Shown here piece by piece: positions 38,081 to 52,990 of a stretch of DNA of 64,000 nucleotides. The stretch's first letter is position 1. Every line of letters begins with the position of its first letter. The position numbers and the translations under genes are program-made. The notes under the pieces are model-generated. The model was not told the DNA's origin and searched no databases. It saw only the letters and a program-made list of their open reading frames with translations. Origin of the DNA: Octopus vulgaris (Eukaryota); assembly GCA_951406725.2 (NCBI GenBank), contig OX597820.1, forward strand, positions 105,958,001 to 106,022,000, read 5' to 3'.

Positions 38081-41000
38081 TGGTTGTGTCTATACATATA
38101 TATATATTTATATATATATATACACATATATGTATATGTATACATGCATAACTATGTGTGTGTTGTTGTTGTTTGTATCTGTCCATCCTCTAATGATATC
38201 AAGTCCACTTTAGTGTAGGGATGACTGAATTGGTTGAACAAGGCTATAGCAAGAGAATTTCCACCATAGTTCATGGATATAGGAATATTTGAGCTTGACA
38301 TTGCCATTCATTAGAACACTCTGCTCCTCCTTCAGTAAGCCGTAACTGTTCACAGTATGTACAGCTAGCTTATCTTCTTCAGTAATCTGTTAGTCTTCCT
38401 AATTGGTCAATTACAACTTTCTGTACGGTTTCATTTTCTCTCTAATTTTATCTAATAATCACAGTAATAAAAGGCTTTGGTTATATAACAAGTTTATTGG
38501 ATAAAATTTTAGATTTTTGTGTTCTGTTAGAGAAACTAATAATACTTCAAGAAATCTTTGAAGAAAACATGCTACCGTATCTAGGAAGCTGTAGTTTGCT
38601 TATATTCTGCAATTCTATCTTTTATCTCCTACATTAGAAAAGCAAAACAAATCTGTTATTGTTCTTTTTAGCATTTGTCAAGTTTGTAAATAGTTGAGTT
38701 TTTTATGATTCACCAAGCTTCAATTACATAATGTCCAAACAAAGAAACAGTGGCCGTAAAATTTGGCAAAACAGCCATCAATCTGGTTTCATAATCTAGC
38801 TTGTTAAATTTAGCTCTACGACATTTTATATAAATAGTTTCTGCTTAAATATATTAAAGTAAAATATAAAATAACAGGATGACTGAAGAACAAATATTTG
38901 GCCTTTCAACTATTCCTTCACAAAGGGTTGTTTTCTTTGATGGTTTTCTGAACACGTTCAGAAAGGATTAAACAAAATAGATGAACTGGTGGGAAGAGAT
39001 TTTATCGAAGAGACTGATACATGAAGAAAAATATACACGTGTGTATGTGTGTGTATGTGTGTGTATGTACATAAGCAATTACATATATATGCATATATAT
39101 AATTATATATTTACATATGTATACACACACACATATTAATGCATATATATATATATATATATACATACATGTGTATGTATGTATACACACACACACATAT
39201 GCTTAAAAGGCAATATTTATATCATACCACTTGCTGAAATTTCTTTCATGACTCAGACATTCTTTGAATTTTAATTGACCCTAAAACATTTCTATTTATA
39301 ACTGTATTCTGTATAAATAGATGTAGGTAGGAATCATATTTAAAGTGTACCATTAAAAAAAGCATATCTGTGGTTTTGTTTATAGATAATTTTAATTGTT
39401 TTGTTTTCTAACTTCTTATCTCACTGCACTCTGCAAAGTGTCATTCTTTGACAAAGTCTGCTACATTTTAAGATCAAATTGTATGTAAACCTCATCACTT
39501 GGAAAATTAATACAAGCAATGCATTTACTTTTTAACTTTGCACCGGTTATTTACATGAATCTTTCAGTTCTGACTTGATTTGTTTCTGAGAATCTTTCTG
39601 TCTAGTTCCATAGGTATTCAACAATGATGCCACCATATGAAATCGAAAAAAAAAAAATGGTGAACAAGTCTATGAAAAATCAGTAAATTATCCTAACCCA
39701 TTGCACTAACTCAAATGCTTCTTGCCTCTGCAAATTTTTCTCTTTTCTTTCAATTCTTTTATTCTTTTGTGTTATTTATATTTCAAACTTCTCCCAATTT
39801 AAACTTTTTTGTTTAAATTGTTATTTTATAACTTAAAAACAAAAAAAAAAAATTAACTTCCCATGATTCGATTCATTTCACTTTCTATATATTTTTAACC
39901 TTTTTCACCCCAATACTTCCCCCAAATATTCTTGTTGTATTATTCCTATCTATTCATCTGTACACATCCTGATCCATCACACGTCAATCATATCATTTGT
40001 TTGAAAAGAAGTTTATTTTGTTTAGAATGACTTTTTTTAGAAAATTAGAAATAATATTTCCAGAATGGAACAAGCTGTTGGAAAAATTTGATGTGGTCCA
40101 TCAACTGGATAAGCCACCTCGCAATTATATTGAAGTTCACGTTGTTAAAATATGGAATTTTGATCACTGATACAGAATGAAGCCACTGTTCACTACTGGT
40201 ATGTAACATGTGGTATTTCTATGCCTGCTTCAATTGGTCTCTAAACATAGATAGTAATGTGAATTGTACTGGGGAAAGATGATACACCCAACCCTACAAA
40301 CTCTAGTCCTGCAGTTCTTTAACCTAATTAGTAAGCTTCCATTTTAATCATTTTAATCTGCATCAACCAAGTTCCAATGCCTTGTTTAGATATGTTGTGC
40401 TTTGATAAAAAGGTTGTCTGGATTCCTTTGTCTTCTACTAATTTACAACCAAAAATAGTAACATAGTTTTTTTGTTTTTTTTCCAATTCTTCCTCCTTCT
40501 TGTAACTAACTCTTGAGAAAAGAGGCTGCTTTGAAGTAAGGCAACCATTTGGGATGGAAAACTAAAGGAAAGAAAGTAGTGATAGTCTTCAATAACTAAT
40601 GATAAATGAATAATAGCCTATTGGTTAATCTGTTAATTGAATTCCTATTATCAAATGCTTGGATGAGTTGATTAAACTGCTTGATAATCTTTTAATAAAA
40701 TGGCCAGGAAGTAACAAAAAACAAAAAGGAATAATAATAATAATTTCCTCATGTTAATGAGATTAATAAGTTCTATTGCTCACTAACTTTGCTTTAGAAA
40801 AGCTGAAAATGGCAACAAAATTGCTAAAGGTCTTCAAAAGTATTTTTTTAAATTGAATATATATAAGTATGTATGTGTGTGCATGTGTGTATGTATATAT
40901 AATGTATGTATTGCTTTGTCCAATGGTGGAGTGTCCATCCACAGGCTGTCTTTGATTTTTTTTATCCAAACTGTTTTTTAACCTAATATTTACATGCTAT

Positions 41001-41338
41001 TATTACATATATAGCTTTATCTGCTCTGAGTTTCATCACTCCAAAACAAGAATTATTTTATGTTCCCTCTCGAAATTTCTAGATTCCTACGACATTTATA
41101 TCTATCTGTCTGTCTGTCTGTCTATCTATCTATAGGCACATACGAATATGTATGTATAGTTGATGTCATAAAAATTCATAAATTTCATGAGAACATTAAA
41201 TAATTATGCTTTGGAACAATGGATCATGAAGCATATAAAGCTATAAATAATAGCATGTAAATATTGTGTTAAAAAATCTGTTCGATAGAAGAAGGCTGCC
41301 TGATCTAAAAAAGAATTATATTTATATATATATATACA

Positions 41339-42236
41339 CAGAGTGTGGTGAATAAATTGTCATCTATATTATGCAAAAATGAAAATAACACTGACATCTC
41401 ATTTTAAAAGATATATTTACAAAAAATACATAAAAATATCTTGAAATGCTAAAGAGTAAATTTATTCAAAAGAATTGCTGTTAGTTTCAACCATGGCCTC
41501 CAGATGACTTCCGAATTTCCCGTAATTCTTCTGGACTCCTTGTTGTGAATGTTGACTGGATGTTTGATTTTATTACTCTTGGTATATGTTTTGGGTACAC
41601 GGCAAGCCAATGGTTGTTCTATGCGTTCACCATCTGATCCTGGCAAAAATTTTTCTCATCTGAGAAAAACCAAAGCATGTTCAGTTGGAGGGGATGCTTG
41701 AGTTTGTTTGAAAGCTTTGTTGTTTGGTCTTTCCTTTTATCCATGATGGCTTGGGATAAAAATAGACCCTTTCTCATCTTGTATGAGGAATACTGAATGT
41801 TTTCATGCACTATCTGCCTAAGAAACTCAGACATTTCCTGGTGATAGACTTGATTGACTTGGAGGGATTGTTGTCAATCATGTCCTGGATCTCACCAACA
41901 AATTCAGGAGTTCTTCAGAGTGAGTTTTCCAAGCTACTACACCTTCATACTCACCATTAAACTCATTCAACTCTTTCTGAATCCTTTGTACTGTCCTCAG
42001 GTTGACACCCAAATACTCTGAAATGTTCGTATTGGAGCTTTCAGCACAAATGCCATGCAATACAGCATGTCGTTTCCAAATTTCTGGCAGAGTGAATTGC
42101 GTTATGGTGTTGTTTTTCTCACAGATGGTGCCCAACTGACCCTACTATATTGTGTAGTCAACAAAATCAAAAACAAACAATGTGCATGTACAAAATTAAA
42201 AATATGAAATGGCAACAATTTACTCATCGCACTTTG
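41339..42236 (-). mobile_element. maT (DD37D) transposon deletion derivative with both TIRs
   Basis: ORFs 41878-42135 (HTH: ISEYLGVNLRTVQRIQKEL) and 41619-41834 (LWFFSDEKNF, first catalytic D). TIRs and TA flanks present. Confidence 0.88.
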
Positions 42237-43364
42237 TATATATATATATGTATCTGAGTGTGTGTATATGTTTGTGTACATGTATATGCCTAATATATAT
42301 TTATATGAATATATAAGTATATACGAATGTTGTATTTATTTTTGTACATATATATATATATTTGTACATATATATATATGTGTATATATATAAGTGTGTG
42401 TATACGCTTATGTACATATATATGTATGTATATTTCTATATATTAATCATATTCTTACAACATGGCCAATGTTTTATCAACTAAATGAATGTTTACATCA
42501 TCAGGATGCTTTTCTGAAGCAGCAGTGACCATATTGTAAGAGTATGAATGAATTTATTTATATAATACTCAATGTACAACATTGAATTCCTTCATTGTGT
42601 GTGTGTGTATGTGTGTGGGGGTTGTGCATGTATGTGAATTTGCTACTTAATATATTTCCAACATGTTTGATGAAGCAGTTCCTAAGAAACAACAACAACA
42701 ACAACAACTGTATCTTCTAGTCCAGAGAGGCCAGCAAAGAGAAATATCTTGTTTTAGTGAATTTTACTGTCACTTAAACTGTCATTCCAAAAATTCTGAA
42801 TACTCTATTGCAGAGAACACCTAAATAAATAAAAACTAGACAAACGAGCCAACAAAGGGGCTTCTACCTGGTTACCTTACCCTGTTAAAAACAACAGTCA
42901 GCTATCACTCTCTACTGTCTTAAAGAAAGATAGAACAAGAAGAACACACAGGATAAGGCAGTTTTTGATACTGTCTGAAATAAAGACAGGATGGTCATGG
43001 TTGGAACACTTTTTGTAATTATTCTCAATCTGGATTGACTTAGAGCAGGGGCCACCAAGGAAAAATTTTACAAGCTGACACAGATTTGTTTTGCCCCACT
43101 CTATATCTGGGAAGGGACTGGAGGCTTCGTATTGCTATTTACAGAGATCCTGCTTAGATTTTCAGGTGATGCGTACAATCATTGGCTTGCAGTCTGCTGT
43201 GAGACCATGTCCAGGCTGTGATCATTACTTTGCTTAGACTCCAGTGGGAGTTGGCAACAGGAAGAGCATTAAGCTGCAGCATACCTTGTCCCAACATACT
43301 CTTATCTGACCCATGGTAACATGGGAAAACAGATGTTATTATGATGATAATGTTTGCATGTGCA

Positions 43365-43395
<31 letters not shown>

Positions 43396-43550
43396 ATGTA
43401 GGTACAGGTGTGGCTGTGTGGTAAGAAGTCTTCCTCCCAACCACATGGTTCCAGAGGCAAATGTCTTATACTATAGCCTCAAGCTAACCAAAGCCTTGCC
43501 TGTGTGTAGATTTGGTAGATGCAAACTGAAAGAAGACTGTTGTATATATG

Positions 43551-43581
<31 letters not shown>

Positions 43582-45271
43582 TCATACATACAAATATAAC
43601 CATCATCATCATCAGCATTTAACACCTGCTTTCATGCTGGCATGGGCTGGACGGTTTGACAGGAGCTGACCAAGCAGAAGACTGCACCAGGCTTTGCTGT
43701 CTGTTTTGGCATAGTTTTTATTACTGGACGTTCTTCCTAACACCAACCACTCAACACACACACACACATATAAATATGTGTGTGTGTGTATGTGTGTGTG
43801 TGTCTTTGTGTATGTGCTTGTTCCCCCACCCTGCTGCTTGATAACTGGTGTTGGAGTGTTTACATCTCCATAACTTAGCAGTTCAGTTAAAGGAACGGAT
43901 AGAATAAGTACCAGGCAGCAGTTCAATGACTGATACATGTAAAAGTAAAAGGTATGTGCGTGTATGTTTGTGTGTGTAAACACACATAAGTTTGTGTATG
44001 TATTAATGACCAAAATATAAAAGAGCTTAAAACAACTTTGTGAAGGGAGCATTTAAGACCTGGAAATATAGACTCTTGTGTATAATACTTTAATCTGTAC
44101 TTTAATCTCTACTCACATTTCAGACAACAAACCTCTTACAGAGTTCACCAGATACAAGTGTGTGTGTGTGTGTGTGTGTGGCAGGGGTGAGAATGAAGGC
44201 AACAGGTGTTGAAGCAATTGATCGTATGGAAAAGTGCTGAAATGAATTCAATGAGTTTGTGTGAGGGGTGGTGGGTATTGTTTAGGGCCATGTGGGTAGG
44301 AGATTGTAGGGAATTGTTCTGCAATGCAAAGATCCTATTTCTTTAATCGATATGTAAATAAAATGGTACTATCTAAGATAAACCTTTTTATGTATATTTT
44401 TGTTCCTTTCATTATAATACTGTCTTATAAGTAGATTTAGTTGTCACTATGTTGTAATGTTGTTTTGCGTTGCTTAGCTCCAGACCCCTGATCCAGACCT
44501 TTGATCAACAAACAATGTCTCAACATTGAAAATTGACAATACAATCTTCTTTTGTGTTTTCTTTTGTTTCAGAAAGTATATTTAGGACCAAATTATTCAA
44601 TGTTGTTGCTCTCCTTTTAAAGGTTTAATTTGAGGAAGATTAATTGCTCTTTCTAGCAGATCGGTTGATTGTATATCAATTCCATTATTTATTTGACTGT
44701 GCAATATTGTTGGGACAGGCAGTTATATTGCCTGGGTTTTAAAATGGATGCTCTATAAGGCCTAGGTAGCACAGCTGATAAGTTTACTCTGTCTTTTATA
44801 TGAATACAGTAAACCAGCAGAAGAGTTGTATAAGGCTAGAGTTACAAGTTCCTCTCTTTAGGAACTAAACTAGGATTTTAGTATTATGTTTGTGTATAAA
44901 ACTGGAAAAATTTGGCATGCAGTTAAAGCCTATGGTTTGGTTGAACAGCTGATGGAATTTGTGGTTTTTAGGAAAGCATTTGTTGATTAGAGAGAGGAAT
45001 TCTCTTGCTAATCTTCTTTCTACATCTATGTTAAAAGTGACTTATAGCAGATAATGTTTCACTTTTTTAGTTGCTTAAACGCTTAAAGATTCTGTACATA
45101 CGTACATACACACACACACACACAAACATGTATACATATATATATACACGCACACACACTTGCACACACACATACATACACACATATACATGCACATATA
45201 CATACACACATATACATATATACATATATATCTACATATATATATATAAATACACACACACATATATGTAT

Positions 45272-45304
<33 letters not shown>

Positions 45305-45996
45305 CACATACACACATATATATATATGTATATATATTTCCCTACTTTGGGCTGCATTTTAATGCCTTGTAATAGAATTCTGCTACTCATTTAAATTTGC
45401 TTTATCCAAGAATAGTACATAGGTATAGTATTGTTTGTTTATGTTTCAATGAATTGTGTTCCATTACCCTTGATGCATAGTTGAATTTAGAGTGCATGTG
45501 TGTGTAGGTATGTTGTAGGCATATATATTTATGTAGACATGTATCTATATCTGTTCCTCCATTGATTCACATATATATATATATGTATATATATGGTTGG
45601 TTTATGTAATCCTGCTGTAAGTATGAGAATAACATTAGGGAAGTTTTACTGTGGTCATACACACACACATATTTCTATGCATGTTTTTTTTTTTTGTGTG
45701 TGTGTGTATGTGTGTCTGTGTGTGTGTATATATATATATGCCTAGGCCAGGCCGAGTTTACAACTGCTAGGGAGTTAATCAAGCTATCGGAGAAATGTGC
45801 TAAAGTTGGATGCCAAGTAAACTTTTCCTTCTTGAAGTGTGTATACATTTTTTTGGTGTACTCTGTATATATGTATGTACTATGAGTGCTCAGTTTGGTT
45901 TACCACTAGAATTCTGGCTCATACTGCAGCTGAAAAGTATGGTGTTGAAACTGCCTATCGAAGGCAGCTACAGGTGGTTGCTTCTTGAGTGAGTAG

Positions 45997-46162
45997 ATAT
46001 AGATTAAAGTAAAAAATGAAAAAACAAAGCAATCGGCGTCACTCAAAAAAACCCATTTGAATTAGAGAATATCAACATATATCTATCTGCTTATATTCTC
46101 TAAATTAAATGATTTTACTTTTTCAGTGACGCCAGATGTTCTTTTTCATTTTAATCTATATA
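45997..46162. repeat. Imperfect ~165-bp foldback next to (TA)n
   Basis: atatagattaaa..ggcgtcact..agagaatat / atattctct..agtgacgcc..tttaatctatat. Confidence 0.6.
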
Positions 46163-47156
46163 TATATAAAGTGCAGGTATGGCTAATAGGTACATGTGTG
46201 GCAGTATAGTTGAAAAACTTGCTCCCCAACTGTGTCCTTTTAGGTTCAATCCTACTGTGCAGCATCTTTGAGGTGTCTTCTACAGCTTTGGGCTGACCAA
46301 CCAACGCCTTGTGAGTAGATTTCGTAGATGGAAACTAAAAGAATTACAATGATGCTATTATTGAACAATTTAACCGTTTTAATAATAACACATCTGAACT
46401 CACCCTTGGTTCTATGATGTAAACTCATTGCATTAAAGTGATCTAAATTACAACCCCACATCAAAATATCATATTTATTTATGTTCCAAACAGCTTAATA
46501 ATTACAAAGATATTTTACTAAATTCTTCATTATTTTCAAAATTAATTGAAATAAAGGAAGTCTATTTCTACAGAAATTTGGTAACAAATGGGTTAAGTGT
46601 GATTTGAACTCAAATATGATTTGTGCTCAAAATATAATTTGAACTTAAGTATGATTTGAATTTAAAGCTAAGGAATTACTCACCAAACTATTCAGTCTCA
46701 ACAGGTGTTTTTCAATTAAGTTCTGCCCTACTTAACAAAATATTATCTGCTGTATCTGATTATTTATTCCCAGATATATTGGTTACATTTCAATTCTCTG
46801 CCAAAAGATGTCTTAAATTCTAATCTAATCTTTAATACTTGCACTGATAAAGTTGTGTAATCCCATCTCTGAGCACTAGTTCCTTTCATTTACTCCTTTC
46901 TCTTTAGACTGCTTAAAAATCAGAGCCAGTTATCCTTGTGGTATTAAAGATTATCTTGCTATCTCATCATAAATGCTTACTTTTCCTATGTATTCAATTA
47001 CGTAGGTACTATAAAGAATTCCTACAAAAAAAGGGTGTCAGATAAAATGTTGTGATTTATCTTCCAGAATACATACATACATACATACATACATACATAC
47101 ATACATACATACATACATACATACATACATACATGTATGCATGCATGCATACATGA

Positions 47157-47478
47157 AAACATGTGGCTTATTGGTTTGGGTATTTGGCTCACAATCATAA
47201 GGTTGTGAGTTCAATTCCCAATGATGCATTGTGTCCTTGAGCAAGACACTTTATTTCATGTTGCTCCAGTTCAATCAGCTGGTAAAAATGAATAAGCATC
47301 TGTATTTCAAAGGGCCAACCTTGTCACATTCTGTGTCATGCTGAATCTCCCTAAGAACTGTCTTAAGGATATGCATGTCTGTGGGGTGCTCAGCCACTTG
47401 CACTTTAGTTTCATGATCAGGCTGTTCTGTTGATTGGATCAACTGGAACCCTCGTCGTCATAACCGACTGAGTGCCAG
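47157..47478 (+). mobile_element. tRNA-derived SINE (family C)
   Basis: Collinear with 31958-32281. Confidence 0.8.
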
Positions 47479-47523
47479 TTACATGCATGCGTGTAACTAG
47501 CACTCGGTTACACACACACACAT

Positions 47524-47559
<36 letters not shown>

Positions 47560-47978
47560 ACACACACACACACGTACACACACACACACACATTTTCTTG
47601 ATTTTGCATTGGCATGGCTGTGTAGTTTTGTCCATGTTGTGTCTTGGTTATGTGCCTCTTACAACAACTCTGAGTCAAACAATATCTTGTAAGTGGATTT
47701 GATAGACAGAAGCTGTATAGCAACCCTTCATGTGTATATGTGTGTGTAAATTATTGTGCTTGCGTTTGTTTCTCATTGCTTGACAACCAGTATTGATTTG
47801 TTTATATTACTATACATACCAGACTTAAAATGAGTACTTGGGTCAGTTTGATGGAGAAGCCACTTCAAGGTAGTGCCTCAGTATGACCCCACAATCCAGT
47901 GGTTGAAACACATAAAAAGAGTGGAAGTGGACATACTATGACCAGACATTAACTTTATTATTTTAATATATATATATA

Positions 47979-48728
47979 TATCTATACAATATGTTACATT
48001 ACTCGGTAGTCAAGATAAAACTCTGAGTTTCAGATGCCGAAGTGGAAATCCACAACACCATCTCTTCGGTTATCTGGCTATTTGAAAACGTTATGAAAAA
48101 ATACCGTTAAAAATGAAGGGAAATTACTCTGTTATAACTCTGCTTTGCTTGCGTACTTATACATCGCTCGCATTTTTCGTCATAAAAATTATATAAAAAT
48201 ACATAAAAATATATAAAAATATATAAAAATATATAAAATCTTCTTGGGACATAACACAGAAAGCATGTTCTATCCGTTTTCTTTAGGGGACCAAAAACGT
48301 AACAGAAATTTAGTCACATGTGGGCATGTGACTAAATTTCTGTTACGTTTTTGGTCCCCTAAAGAAAACGGATAGAACATGCTTTCTGTGTTATGTCCCA
48401 AGAAGATTTTATATATTTTTATATATTTTTATATATTTTTATGTATTTTTATATAATTTTTATGACGAAAAATGCGAGCGATGTATAAGTACGCAAGCAA
48501 AGCAGAGTTATAACAGAGTAATTTCCCTTCATTTTTAACGGTATTTTTTCATAACGTTTTCAAATAGCCAGATAACCGAAGAGATGGTGTTGTGGATTTC
48601 CACTTCGGCATCTGAAACTCAGAGTTTTATCTTGACTACCGAGTAATGTAACATATTGTATAGATAAATTTCCTCTATTTACATAATATTGAGGTCTCTT
48701 TCTTTCTTTTGTTATCTTACCGTTTTAT

Positions 48729-48731
<3 letters not shown>
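47979..48731 (+). mobile_element. Young foldback PLE-type element: perfect 342-bp inverted repeat (47979-48320 / 48325-48666), 4-nt spacer, 65-bp tail
   Basis: Arms read as exact reverse complements around tggg. Unique tail 48667-48731. (TA)n on both sides. Hammerhead-like motif in each arm. Confidence 0.9.
48570..48632 (+). ncRNA. Hammerhead ribozyme variant (mirror copy at 48013-48075, minus)
   Basis: agataa CCGAAGA gatg-gtgtt-gtgga-tt-tccac-ttcgg-catc-t GAAAC TCAGA GTT ttatct. Six-bp stem I, U4C core variant, GUU triplet. Confidence 0.65.
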
Positions 48732-48767
<36 letters not shown>

Positions 48768-48785
48768 AGAGAGAGAGAGAGAGAG

Positions 48786-48818
<33 letters not shown>

Positions 48819-48827
48819 TGTACTACT

Positions 48828-49196
48828 AATAATAATCCTTGGATGGAATTTATAAACATTTAATGCATCACTCTGTGCATTTCCACAAATCATGTCTCTT
48901 AAGATCATGGTCTGTATTCCTGAGATGATTACAGTGTGGTCAGTAGTATCTGTGGACATTGGGTTGATCATCTTCATGGATTCATTTCTTCGGGGTCAAA
49001 AGGGATAAGCATCCCACTGTTAAACATCATCTAATGTTATATCACCTGAAGAAATTAAGATGATCAACCCAATATGCATGGATACTATGGACTACGCTGT
49101 AATCATCCAAGGAATACGGACTGTGATCTTAGGAGACATGTGATTTGTAGAAACACCCATAGTGATTCATTAAATGTTTATAAATTCCATCCATGA

Positions 49197-49205
<9 letters not shown>
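48828..49205. mobile_element. Foldback element in (AAT)n/(ATT)n (arms ~48828-48975 / ~49058-49205) with a hammerhead-like motif at 49041-49166 (+)
   Basis: atcac CTGAAGA [~100 nt] GAAAC accc ATA gtgat, with stem I atcac/gtgat. Arms are diverged reverse complements. Confidence 0.6.
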
Positions 49206-49255
<50 letters not shown>

Positions 49256-52200
49256 ATTTATCCTACATTATATTGATACAGCTCAATGCAACCCAAAAAT
49301 CTGGTTCAACAGTCAGCATCATTAGACTGTGGCCAGCATAATGGAATAGGGTCTTTATTTGCATATTCAAAACGTTTCCAATGAACAAATTTAAAAGATA
49401 TATATGTGCGTGTGTGTATATATATATATATATATATAAAAAATTTCTTTAACAAGAATAGTGTTGACAATGACTTCTTCTATTCTGACTATTATGTTCA
49501 AAGAGTAAATAAACCAATATTAATTCCACATTTTAAATGGAAATTATCTTTTAGCATTTTATCTCTTTCCTAGCAATACCTAAATGCTTAACATTAAAAT
49601 TCTTTAAACTTAGAGATTCTCTTCTCTGGTATTAACAAAATATTTCTTTCTTAACTCGTTTGACATTATGATTCTTTTCTCAGCAGTATAAAAATTCTTT
49701 CATACCTTTAGAAATAGTCATAACCTAATATTCATTCTCTCTAGCCCCCAGTTCCCCCATATTCCCCTACCTCACATTCCCCCCATTCCCCCTACTGCCG
49801 CCGCCACCACCACCATCACCTCTCATCTGCTTTCTCATGGTGCTTGTTATGGTGTTATTGTATCTCCAGGGGAAATACCTAGCTAGCTTTCTTCTCCATG
49901 TACTTATGAAACTGAGAAGTTCCAAGAGGTGAAAAGGAAGCTGTCTTTTTATAGCTATCTATTTTGGAATAAGGAAGAAAATCTGTTTGTCCATCCATAC
50001 GCCAGTTTATGTATCCTCTTTCCTTTCTACCTCTCTCTCTCTCTCTCTCAATACCCCTCTTTCTTTCTTTCTTTTCCACATTCTCTCTCTCTCTCTCTCT
50101 CTCTCTCTAATGTTTTCTAAATTAGCTTGCTATGATGCTACACTATCTCTTATGAAAAACACTAGAATATTCCCTCTGGTGCTTTTCCTCCCATGTATGC
50201 ATGACACCTAAGATTTCTAGAAAAGTGAAGAGAGAAATGGGTGCATTGATGTTTATCCTGTACCCAGGTGCAATCTATAATTAAAATTGGGATATTGATT
50301 TGACTTAATGGTCGCATTTAATGTTGGTTTCAAATTTTGGCACAAGACCAACAATTTTGGTGGTGGGGTAAGTCAATGACATCATCCCCAGTGCTCAACT
50401 GTTACGTTTTTTTATTGACCCCCCAAAAGGATGAAAGACAAAGTCGACCTCTGCAGAATATAAACTCAGAATATAAAGATGGACAAAATGCCACTAAGTC
50501 TTTCCCCTGGTTCAGTAACGATTCTGCCAGCTCATCAGGATGTGATTTTGCTTCAGACCAGCTTTGATGAAACAGACTTAGCAGCTATGGCCTTCCCATT
50601 TGTCTTTGTTCATTTTTAGACATAGCATATTAAGAAACTAAATTATCTCAATGTGATCTTCCCTGTTTTTAAGATGGTGAGATATGAAATGAGGAAGATT
50701 CAGCTGTTATTTCTGGCAGGTCAAGCAAACACATAGTGTTTACTGCACTGGCTTCATTATTGTGCCCAAATGGTAAAAGTGGTCAACAGACAGAATTGGT
50801 TGGAAAGGTATAATGGTGCTGCTGACTAATGTCTTGTAATATTTAGATATATATGCAGGCATGGTTAAGAAGTTTGCTTCCTAACCACACAGTTTCTTGT
50901 TCAGTCCTCTTGCATGGTACCTTGAGCAAGTGCTTCCTATTATAGCTTCAGGCCATCCAAAACCTTGTGATTAAATTTCATTGATGGAAACTGTAAGAAG
51001 CCATTGTGTGTGTGTGTGTGTGTGTGTATGCCAAAGAATGCAACACAGTTGAAATGACAGAATGTGAGTTGCTATCTATGATAGATAAACTTTCACTCTA
51101 ATGACTAGGCCATATGTAACTCAACAATATATATATATATATTGCAAAGTAGAAGATAATAAGTTTACCTTCCACAAGAAATAGTATGGAAATGAAATTA
51201 CACACACACAAAGAAAGATCTTGATTTTCTTCCTTCATTTTTACTGTTAAACTTATTAGTTTCCTGTTCTACCTACTTCTTTTGCTGTTTACACATTCTT
51301 TCCATCTCAAGTTCCTTCATTTACCAATGAAATTAGATTATTCAAATTTCTCATTAAGATTTCCTTACATACCTGCACCAAACTATTTGGCATAACTACT
51401 AGCTTCTATTAAAGTTCTCTGTTAACTATTTTTTTATAGTTTTTTTTTTACCCCATAATGTTCTATTTGAAATGATTCTGAGAAGTAAGAAGATTAAAGT
51501 AGTATTAGGAAAAGACTACCTGGAACCATTTCACATGTTAGCCATTCTTCATTCTCACCCTGCTCTCTCTCTTGTCCTCTCTCACCTTTCCCTTATCTGC
51601 TATCACCTCTATTATGATTTTGCTTCTCTTCACTCCTTTTTCTATGCTGTCAATCATTTCCTACACTCCACCTCCTCCAACTTATATGAATCATTGGTCA
51701 CCTTCCACCCCTTATCCACCATCCATTACATCTACCCAATTTCTACAGTTGTCATGTAGTCTTCCCTATCCTCCCTACTTATCATCCCCCAATACTTGTT
51801 CATCAATATATCCACCCTAACCCTACTCCTCTTCATTAACCATCCCTCACTCTCCTGTACACTTTTGTAACCTGGGCCCACTCACACTCTCTCTTCTCTC
51901 CATTCTCACTCACTTCTATTCTCTTCATACCTTGAGAATCCACCCTGCATGTCTCATTACCACTGTTTTATTGCCTTCCAGCTCCACCCCAATTGCTTTC
52001 ACACACTCTTCCATAATATGAATAGCCATGAAGCTCCTCTGCAGAAAGAAACTTATTCTGGTTCCTTCTCTCATACATTAACCCCTCACCTCTTTGCATA
52101 AAGCCACTTCCCTCTTAATTGTAGCCCCACTCAGTCAAAAGAGATCTTAGTCTTGCAGGCTGCATAATGGCTTCACTAGTGGTAGTACCACATAAACTTA

Positions 52201-52884
52201 TCTAGTACCTTCTGTTATGTGGTTGCAGACAGTACAGTCCTTGAACTTGTCAAACCCTGTCAACTGTTTTACTTGTGCCAATATGGAATATGAACATAAA
52301 AAGATGATGATGATTCAAATTTCTATACAAATAAATGTGCAGGTTTTGGTTATAGACTTTCATAGAATCAAAGCATAATTGCTTCTGTGCTATAAAATAT
52401 ATAAAACTTTTAAAGGGCTTTCTTTGACTACTTACCAAATAGAAATATCTTGATAGTTATTATACCAATCTTTAACCTTTTAGACCCAGATAAATAACTT
52501 AAGTACCAATTTTGGTTAAGGTTAATTTCAGTGAAGAACTATTTATTATAAGGACTTGTTGAAATCTCTTTCAGACTTCTTCGTTTTTCCAAAAGTCTTT
52601 CAGAAATATTTAAGGTCACTAGCACATCAACTCGGAATGACAAGCAGGCGAATTTTTTTTCTTAGCTAGTCTTTAATTGCCAGATTTCTTAATTTTATAG
52701 AAGAAAGAAGGAAACTAATTGGCCCAAGCTGAGCTTACAAACCCTAAAGTGGTTGGAACTAGGAAGGACATCAAGCTGTAGAAACTATACCAAAACAGAG
52801 TTTAGAGCACAATGCAGCCCTCAGTCCTCTCAGGTTTAGTCAAACTATCCAACCCATGTCAACATGGAAGATGGATGTTGAAAG

Positions 52885-52990
<106 letters not shown>

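Noticed and set aside
45997-46162. Possible hammerhead in this foldback
   Set aside because: No CUGAnGA/GAAAC pair on either strand. Kept only as an inverted repeat.
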